A stretch of 15,307 nucleotides of DNA from Flavobacteriales bacterium (GTDB lineage Bacteria; Bacteroidota; Bacteroidia; Palsa-965): positions 1 through 15,307 of the forward strand of contig JBEIPA010000051.1 of the NCBI GenBank assembly GCA_040377305.1. Reading direction: 5' to 3'. The translations under genes and the position numbers were made by a program. Shown here piece by piece: positions 6,524-12,741 of this stretch; within the stretch, counting starts at the first letter, position 1; each line of letters starts with the position of its first letter. Below the pieces are notes generated by a model that saw only the letters and a program-made list of their open reading frames with translations, was not told the DNA's origin and searched no databases.

Positions 6524-7699
6524 ATGAGTACACTTAATAATTCAGCTGTGATTGGTGTCATCGGTTCCGGAGCGATGGGCTCAGGGATCGCTCAGGTTGC
6601 AGCAACTGCTGGACACAACGTAATTATTTACGACAACAATTCGGCTCAACTTGAAAAAGCGAAAGCAGGTTTGCAGTCGACGATGAACAAGCTCGTGGAG
6701 AAAGGTAAATTCTCGAGAGAAACTGCTGATCAGATTGTGTCCCGAATTCAGTATGCGGATAAGCTCGACGAATTTTCCTCGTGCAAACTGGTGATTGAAG
6801 CGATCGTTGAGAATATCCAGGTGAAACAGGATATTTTCTCTCAGTTGGAAATGATTGTTAGCGAGAAAGCAGTTCTTGCTTCGAATACATCTTCTCTTTC
6901 GATTACTTCGATTGCATCTGCCTGCAAACATGTGAATCGTGTGATGGGAATTCATTTCTTCAATCCGGCTCCGCTGATGCCGCTGGTTGAAATCATCCCG
7001 GGATTGGCGACCGATGCTGCTTTAGTACCTGAAGTGAAAGCGCTCGTCGACTCGTGGGGAAAATCTACTGTGCTAGCTAAAGACACTCCCGGATTTATTG
7101 TGAACCGTATTGCGCGTTCATACTACGGAGAATCTATCCGCATTTACGAAGAAGGACTTGCTGATTTTGCAACGATCGACTGGGCCATGAAAACATTCGG
7201 TGGATTCAAAATGGGTCCTTTCGAGCTCATGGATTTCATTGGTAATGATGTGAACTACAAAGTGACCGAAACTGTTTGGGAACAGTTCTTTTACGACCCT
7301 CGTTTCAAGCCTTCGTTCACACAAAAGCGTTTGTACGAAGCAAAATTCTTCGGGAGAAAATCCGGTCGCGGCTATTACAACTACGCTGATGGAGTTGTGC
7401 CACCGCAGCCCAAAGAAGACAAAATTTTGGGCAATATTATTTTTGAACGGGTTCTTTCGATGCTCATTAACGAAGCAGTCGATTCTCTTTACCTCGGACT
7501 TGCAACACGCGATGATATAGATACAGCAATGACGAAGGGCGTGAATTATCCAAAAGGTCTGCTGAAATGGTGTGATGACCTCGGCGCCAGCTTTGTTTAT
7601 CATAACATGCACAACCTGTATATTGAGTACGGCGAGGACCGATACCGTCCAAGTGTACTGCTTAAACGCATGGCAAGATCGATTAATAAATTTTATTAA
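6524..7699 (+). CDS. paaH: 3-hydroxyacyl-CoA (3-hydroxyadipyl-CoA) dehydrogenase
   Basis: Rossmann GSGAMGSGIA, VIEAIVE, LASNTSSLSI, GIHFFNPAPLMPLVE, DTPGFIVNR, MGPFELMDFIG, and a second C-terminal 3HCDH domain (MTKGVNYPKG). Confidence 0.92.
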   Translation: MSTLNNSAVIGVIGSGAMGSGIAQVAATAGHNVIIYDNNSAQLEKAKAGLQSTMNKLVEKGKFSRETADQIVSRIQYADKLDEFSSCKLVIEAIVENIQVKQDIFSQLEMIVSEKAVLASNTSSLSITSIASACKHVNRVMGIHFFNPAPLMPLVEIIPGLATDAALVPEVKALVDSWGKSTVLAKDTPGFIVNRIARSYYGESIRIYEEGLADFATIDWAMKTFGGFKMGPFELMDFIGNDVNYKVTETVWEQFFYDPRFKPSFTQKRLYEAKFFGRKSGRGYYNYADGVVPPQPKEDKILGNIIFERVLSMLINEAVDSLYLGLATRDDIDTAMTKGVNYPKGLLKWCDDLGASFVYHNMHNLYIEYGEDRYRPSVLLKRMARSINKFY

Positions 7700-7701
7700 T
7701 C
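7681..7701. repeat. 21-bp AT-rich palindrome over the paaH stop codon
   Basis: GATTAATAAA-T-TTTATTAATC, perfect 10-bp arms. Confidence 0.6.
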
Positions 7702-7719
7702 TGATTCCGGACCCGCTCC

Positions 7720-7746
7720 TGTAACTTTACCAACTTACAGCGTTAT
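7720..7746 (+). promoter_or_regulatory. Candidate ECF-sigma promoter TGTAAC-N15-CGTTAT
   Basis: TGTAAC tttaccaacttacag CGTTAT, 18 nt before ATG 7765; same boxes and spacing as 579..605. Confidence 0.55.
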
Positions 7747-7764
7747 GCATGTAGCCTTGACCTG

Positions 7765-9234
7765 ATGAGAGCATTCCTGATTTCAGTTTTTGTATTGCTC
7801 ACCGCAACCGTGTACGCTCAAAGTAACGGCTACAACCGCGCGTTCTTTCTGCTGAACACCAATCACACCAAACCCGTTCAATATGTTAATGACGCTTCGT
7901 TTCCCGGAAGAACAGTGGTGTACATTTCCTGTCCGTTTGCCTCACCCACTTTTAATAATCCGGAAGCAGCCAAAGGGTTAAAAGGTTACGTGATTGAAAA
8001 AGTTCAGCTCGTTTACACCACATACCGTCAGGATGAATCATTCTCTCAGCAGAAGCTCAATCAGAATCGTTTGCGCAATCTCGAGTTGATTTTACCGGAT
8101 GCCTTCTCCTCTGCTCTCACCGAATGGCAGCTCGTAGGTCAAACCGGAGCAGCTACTCCAGAGGAAGGAAAAAATTATTTCCATGGATTTGTAATCACGT
8201 ATCGCAGTGCGCCTTCTCCGACTTTGATGAAAGAGGAAATTAAAAAACTCGATTCCGCTTTCATGGGCATTATCAAAGTGCGCAAACCGGGTGATACCAG
8301 TTTTGGCGGAGGAGCATTCGTGGAGGGAACACCACCGAAACTTGATCTGCTGCGCATGCCTGACGGAACATCCATCATCCTTCGTCACGACATTCCGGAA
8401 GATAGTCTTCGATTCTACTTACGTCCTTCTACGCCGGGTGCGTCGATTGGAACTGCGAGATACAAAGACACTTCACGCACAACCATTCTTGTTACGGAAT
8501 ATTTCGGTGGACATCGCATAGAACGCGAATGGAAACTGGAAGAACATCGGGAAGATCCAAAGGCGTTTGATTTTCTCGGAAAGAAATACCTCAACAATCC
8601 GGATTCGGTGGTGACGAGTGTTTTCCGACGCAACAACTGGAATAATTTTGTGATGGTGTGTGACGTGACTGGAAGTATGTCGCCATACACGGCACAAATT
8701 TTTGCGGTACTTCCCGCTGTAGTTGAGAATCGTCGTTGCAAAGGATTCATGTTCTTCAATGATGGTGACAAGAAACCTACAGCCGACAAAAAAGATCTCA
8801 AAGCCGGTGGTTTGTATTGGACACGTGCAATGCGTTTCGACAGTGCATATTTCACAGCGCGTAAATGCATGGCGAACGGAGACGGTGGTGATCTCCCGGA
8901 GAACAATGTTGAGGCGTTGATTGTTGCGGAGAAAATTAATCCCGGTGGAGAACTTGTGTTGATTGCCGACAACTGGGCATCGCCCCGCGATCTGAGTGAG
9001 TGTGATAAAATCAACTCACCTGTTCACGTTATTCTCTGCAGCGCAAGAAGCGGAGTGAATCCTGACTATTTGTTCCTCGCTCGTGTTACGAATGGCAGCA
9101 TTCACACGCGGGACCAGGATGTAACGAATCTCGGTTCAATGAAAGAAGGTGAGCAGGTGAAAATAGGAATACAGAATTTCTATCTGCACGATGATCACTT
9201 TATACCGCTGGAGAATTTTTCCCGGGATTTTTAA
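7765..9234 (+). CDS. Secreted protein with C-terminal vWA-like (MIDAS) domain
   Basis: Signal peptide MRAFLISVFVLLTATVYA|Q; beta-strand followed by DVTGSM (DxTxS MIDAS variant), GGDLPENNVEAL, LVLIADN, PVHVIL, FLARVTNG. Confidence 0.75.
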   Translation: MRAFLISVFVLLTATVYAQSNGYNRAFFLLNTNHTKPVQYVNDASFPGRTVVYISCPFASPTFNNPEAAKGLKGYVIEKVQLVYTTYRQDESFSQQKLNQNRLRNLELILPDAFSSALTEWQLVGQTGAATPEEGKNYFHGFVITYRSAPSPTLMKEEIKKLDSAFMGIIKVRKPGDTSFGGGAFVEGTPPKLDLLRMPDGTSIILRHDIPEDSLRFYLRPSTPGASIGTARYKDTSRTTILVTEYFGGHRIEREWKLEEHREDPKAFDFLGKKYLNNPDSVVTSVFRRNNWNNFVMVCDVTGSMSPYTAQIFAVLPAVVENRRCKGFMFFNDGDKKPTADKKDLKAGGLYWTRAMRFDSAYFTARKCMANGDGGDLPENNVEALIVAEKINPGGELVLIADNWASPRDLSECDKINSPVHVILCSARSGVNPDYLFLARVTNGSIHTRDQDVTNLGSMKEGEQVKIGIQNFYLHDDHFIPLENFSRDF

Positions 9235-9381
9235 CCACATAGAATCATAGCCCTTTGTTTTCTTGTTGGGCGAAAGAATTGCATAGTTCACAAGAGAATA
9301 TCGCTGTGCGATATAACTCATGTGCTCTATGATCGCGCAGCGCCTTAGCAAGAAACGCAAGCTATGATCCTATGTGGTTAA
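9231..9381. mobile_element. 151-bp symmetric hairpin element (MITE-like) with 21-bp terminal inverted repeats
   Basis: TTAACCACATAGAATCATAGC (9231..9251) / GCTATGATCCTATGTGGTTAA (9361..9381), 20/21; inner stems TTTCTTG/CAAGAAA, CATAG/CTATG and ATATCGC-tgt-GCGATAT, all centred on ~9306. Mobility is inferred. Confidence 0.65.
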
Positions 9382-9392
9382 TTCAGGGCCTA

Positions 9393-11675
9393 TTAATTCG
9401 CCCAATATTTCAACTGCTGCCTGCCATAAACCGCGTTGTGTTCATCAGCCGTAAGATCATCGTAAATGATATACGTTGTGCTTTTAAACGTATCGTAAGC
9501 CGGTGTGGAAGGATTTCTCTTTCCTGACTCCACTACAATCTTCGAATAGCCCGTTTCACTGGTGATCACCGCCTTCGAACCTGCGCCGGTTATTGATCCT
9601 TCCGGCACGTTATTATCGAGCGAAAGAATATAACCTTGCTTCGCGTCAATTGCACGTGGTGCCAGCATGGTTTCAAGCGAATCAATGATTACCTGTTTGT
9701 TGAGCATCTGTTTGCCGCTGTAGTAAACCAGGAATTCTTTCTCCAATCCAAGAACAGGATTTGCTGAAGGCTCTGTCTTGTCCATCGTCAAACCGTGCCG
9801 ACCAAAAAACGCTTTGATCTTGTTCAGGTTCGCGTCAGTGTACAGGGATTTGCTCAACACAAAGCAAGAATGGTAAATATCAAATCCGTCCTGCTGCTTG
9901 TACGTAGAATTCGCCTCGCACATATCGTATCCCGGCGTAAGCACATTCGTCATGGCTATTACTTTGTAAACGTAATTCTGAACGACAGAATCCGGAATTG
10001 TAACCGATGAATTACTCATCGTTGTATCCAGAAAATAATAGTGTAATGCCGGACCACGCACATTTTTCGCTTGTGTTTCTATACAAGTGGGTGCGTAAAA
10101 AGCCTGCAAATAAGTATCAGAATTCAGCAGCGTTCCGTTTTCAGAATACGCTTTCGGCTTTCCTCCTACTCCATTGCTATACGTATTCTCCCACTTCACA
10201 ATTCCACTCGAATAATACTCAACACAATTTCCGTTGCGTAAACCGTCTTTATAGTAGCACGACTTCTTGATTTTACCATTCGGAAACCATTCTGTCCATG
10301 CACCATCCTGCAAATCGTTTTTAAACGTTGCCTGAAGAATTTGTCCTCCGGTCGAATCGTAGTTCATGAGCAATCCATCCATCTTGCCCGCTTTCAAATG
10401 GACTTCCGATTTAAGCCGACCATTGAGCCAATACTCTTTGTACACCGTAGCCTTCAGATACAAATACTCTTTTGTCTCATTGCCATAATAAGCAACAGGC
10501 ATTTGTTCCCAGTTCATGGGTGTTGTACGATCGCGCAAGTTCAGCGATACCATTTTCCCATTCTGACTTCGGTAGCAAAGTGTGTCCGAAAATTCAACTG
10601 AATAGTTCATGAATTCTGTCACACGACCTTTGTCATCCCAACGCTTGTGAATTCCCAATGGCTTGTTCTGCGGATTGTAAGCCATTACGCTTTGCGGTTT
10701 TCCGTTCTCGTAAAATGCATACGTGAACATATCGCCTTTCGGTGAACGTACTTGTTCTGAGGCAATCGCTCCGTTCGCATACCAACTCGTAGAAGTCACC
10801 GTATACTCTTCGTAGGGCATGATGTTATAACCTTGAGATGGAGGCAATTTAATCTCAGCACCTTTCTTCTTGTAATTCGTTTTCGTTGCCAATGCACCAT
10901 TCGGATGATACGTACTTGACACCGCTGTGTACGCACCATTCACATACTCGTCGGTACGAATCAGAATTCCTTCCTGATTGTAGGTCTTCCAAACACCGCA
11001 ATGCTGATTGTAATAATTGTACACGCCTTTATTCTTCAAGCGATTTTCATACACACAATTGGTTCCTTCAGTCTGTAGCTTTCCGTTGTTATGGAAAGCC
11101 GCAGTATAACCTGTTGCCTCCTTCGTGCTGTGATATCCTGCGCTATCGTAATAAACATCCTGCTTGTAACTGTAATCCGTGAAGTCCCGTGTTTCACTTT
11201 TCGAGAAGAAACGGTAGTTCGTTACACCTGAAACTATAGCCTTCTTCTGGCCTTGCGTATTGTATCGGTAGTGATAGGTGTACACGCGCGCCCACTTGGT
11301 TTTCTTTTTATCGAGCCAGTGATATTCGTAGTACGTTGTATCACCATACGTCGGATCGAATGTAAAATACTCGTAGCAGATCGAATCATTCTTAAACCTT
11401 CCATGGTAATAGTACTGCGCGTAATACATCTTGCCGTTCTGAAAGTTCTTGTTGAACTGCAGCCGTCCGTTCACATAGCCTTGCAGATTCGTAGTATCCT
11501 TTTGATTGTAGTAGTTCAGGGTATAAACCTGCCCGGTATAGGGCTTGCCGGTTGAACGAAGATTGTGGATTTTCTTCTGCGAATCGTACTGAATATCAGC
11601 GATTGGGACGTTATTCTGGGCAGTTAGCGCGACAGAAGTCAGAAGTAGGAGGCCGAGGGCGTAGATGTTTTTCAA
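9393..11675 (-). CDS. Secreted MORN-variant / YwqK-like beta-hairpin repeat protein
   Basis: TTG start, signal peptide ending LTA|Q; many Y/W-x-x-NG-x-L/I repeats (FHNNGKLQTEG, YHPNGAL, WYANGAI, FYENGKP, YWLNGRLKSE, WTEWFPNGKIK, YKDGLRNGNCVEYYSSG). Confidence 0.85.
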   Translation of the reverse strand: MKNIYALGLLLLTSVALTAQNNVPIADIQYDSQKKIHNLRSTGKPYTGQVYTLNYYNQKDTTNLQGYVNGRLQFNKNFQNGKMYYAQYYYHGRFKNDSICYEYFTFDPTYGDTTYYEYHWLDKKKTKWARVYTYHYRYNTQGQKKAIVSGVTNYRFFSKSETRDFTDYSYKQDVYYDSAGYHSTKEATGYTAAFHNNGKLQTEGTNCVYENRLKNKGVYNYYNQHCGVWKTYNQEGILIRTDEYVNGAYTAVSSTYHPNGALATKTNYKKKGAEIKLPPSQGYNIMPYEEYTVTSTSWYANGAIASEQVRSPKGDMFTYAFYENGKPQSVMAYNPQNKPLGIHKRWDDKGRVTEFMNYSVEFSDTLCYRSQNGKMVSLNLRDRTTPMNWEQMPVAYYGNETKEYLYLKATVYKEYWLNGRLKSEVHLKAGKMDGLLMNYDSTGGQILQATFKNDLQDGAWTEWFPNGKIKKSCYYKDGLRNGNCVEYYSSGIVKWENTYSNGVGGKPKAYSENGTLLNSDTYLQAFYAPTCIETQAKNVRGPALHYYFLDTTMSNSSVTIPDSVVQNYVYKVIAMTNVLTPGYDMCEANSTYKQQDGFDIYHSCFVLSKSLYTDANLNKIKAFFGRHGLTMDKTEPSANPVLGLEKEFLVYYSGKQMLNKQVIIDSLETMLAPRAIDAKQGYILSLDNNVPEGSITGAGSKAVITSETGYSKIVVESGKRNPSTPAYDTFKSTTYIIYDDLTADEHNAVYGRQQLKYWAN

Positions 11676-11736
11676 AGCAATGGTATGATGCGCAGTTTAG
11701 AGGAATTCCATACAATTTAATGAAAAAGTTTACGGT

Positions 11737-11886
11737 TCCATGGGCTGAAGCCCGACGGTTATCATTTCGGCCTATTATCGAGAGGATCCAAAAATGATTT
11801 CATCACTTTTGGACGTCAAGTGCGAAGCACTTGCATTCCATCCACCTCGCCGGTTAAATGATAACCGTGCGGCTTCAGCCCACGGA
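11737..11886. mobile_element. REP doublet (REPIN-like): 31-bp inverted repeats with GGGCTGAAGCCC core and 88-bp spacer
   Basis: TCCATGGGCTGAAGCCCGACGGTTATCATTT (11737..11767) vs AAATGATAACCGTGCGGCTTCAGCCCACGGA (11856..11886), 28/31 complementary; each arm is itself palindromic. Confidence 0.75.
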
Positions 11887-11906
11887 TTGTGAAATCAAAG
11901 AACAGC

Positions 11907-11914
11907 TATATTTG
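11907..11914 (+). promoter_or_regulatory. Bacteroidota -7 box (TATATTTG), probable leaderless promoter of paaI
   Basis: TATATTTG-agt-ATG(11918). Confidence 0.65.
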
Positions 11915-11917
11915 AGT

Positions 11918-12343
11918 ATGAGTCCAGATGAACTATCGAAAGCGGTCGTAAACAAAATGATGTCCCAGGACTGGTTCTCCCAGTGGTTAGGAATCGAAGT
12001 GCTCGACATTCGTCCGGGAACGTGTACGCTGCGTTGTGTTGTAAAAAAAGACATGCTCAATGGCTTTGCGATCGCACACGGCGGAATTACCTATTCGCTT
12101 TCTGACAGTGCGCTGGCGTTTGCTTCGAACTCCCACGGAAAAATGGCTGTGAGTGTGGAGACTTCCATTTCTCATCTTGCTGCGGTGAAAGAAAATGATG
12201 TTCTGACTGCGGTTGCCATTGAAAAGAGTTGTTCGAACAAAATTGGCGTGTATGAAGTAGTGGTGACCAATCAATCGAATACCACTGTTGCATTGTTCAA
12301 AGGAACAGTTTACAGAAAATCGCAGGATTGGTTTCCGGTATGA
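11918..12343 (+). CDS. paaI: Phenylacetyl-CoA thioesterase (hotdog fold)
   Basis: DWFSQWLGI, DMLNGFAIAHGGITYSLSDSALAFASNS, YEVVVTNQ...ALFKGTVY. Start moved from 11858 (inside the REP arm) to ATG 11918. Confidence 0.92.
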   Translation: MSPDELSKAVVNKMMSQDWFSQWLGIEVLDIRPGTCTLRCVVKKDMLNGFAIAHGGITYSLSDSALAFASNSHGKMAVSVETSISHLAAVKENDVLTAVAIEKSCSNKIGVYEVVVTNQSNTTVALFKGTVYRKSQDWFPV

Positions 12344-12657
12344 AGCTGAGGTTTAGCCCGAAGTATTTTAAGATCCGAACAGGGGTCATCAGTTTTACGC
12401 TCGGAACAATCGGTCTTTCTGTACTCAGCTATTACATGGTTTGTGCGGCTATTACAGACCAGTCTGCCGACCGAATGGAAATAATGTGGATCACGATTGG
12501 AGTAATCAGCGGTACGTTGCTTTTTGGCTTCCTCGCCTATATCGCGTGGAAGTCATACGATGAAACTTTGCGTGAGAGCGACAAAATAATGTGGGCCGTG
12601 AGTAAGTGGAAAGTGATCAAACGTTGGCTGCTTGATCCATACCATTCGATCTGGTAA
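12340..12657 (+). CDS. Small two-TM membrane protein, translationally coupled to paaI
   Basis: ATG at 12340 overlaps the paaI stop (ATGA); hydrophobic segments VISFTLGTIGLSVLSYYMVCAAI and IMWITIGVISGTLLFGFLAYIAW. Confidence 0.7.
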   Translation: MKLRFSPKYFKIRTGVISFTLGTIGLSVLSYYMVCAAITDQSADRMEIMWITIGVISGTLLFGFLAYIAWKSYDETLRESDKIMWAVSKWKVIKRWLLDPYHSIW

Positions 12658-12730
12658 AACTTTACCCGCGTCAAAGTCCGCGTTAACCGCAAATAGATCA
12701 GCACGAACACTAACCCACATTTCCGGAAGT

Positions 12731-12738
12731 TACATTTG
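12731..12738 (+). promoter_or_regulatory. Bacteroidota -7 box (TACATTTG), probable leaderless promoter of the cyclase gene
   Basis: TACATTTG-tgt-GTG(12742); same geometry as at paaI. Confidence 0.55.
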
Positions 12739-12741
12739 TGT

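Noticed and set aside
9393-11675. Toxin-antitoxin or immunity system suggested by YwqK-like repeats
   Set aside because: No adjacent toxin ORF; the repeats are a generic structural motif in a secreted protein.
11858-11917. 20-aa N-terminal extension of PaaI
   Set aside because: That ATG lies within the REP arm and upstream of the promoter box.
12658-12730. CCGCGT and TAACC short repeats upstream of the cyclase gene
   Set aside because: Too short and not consistently phased to support a site call.
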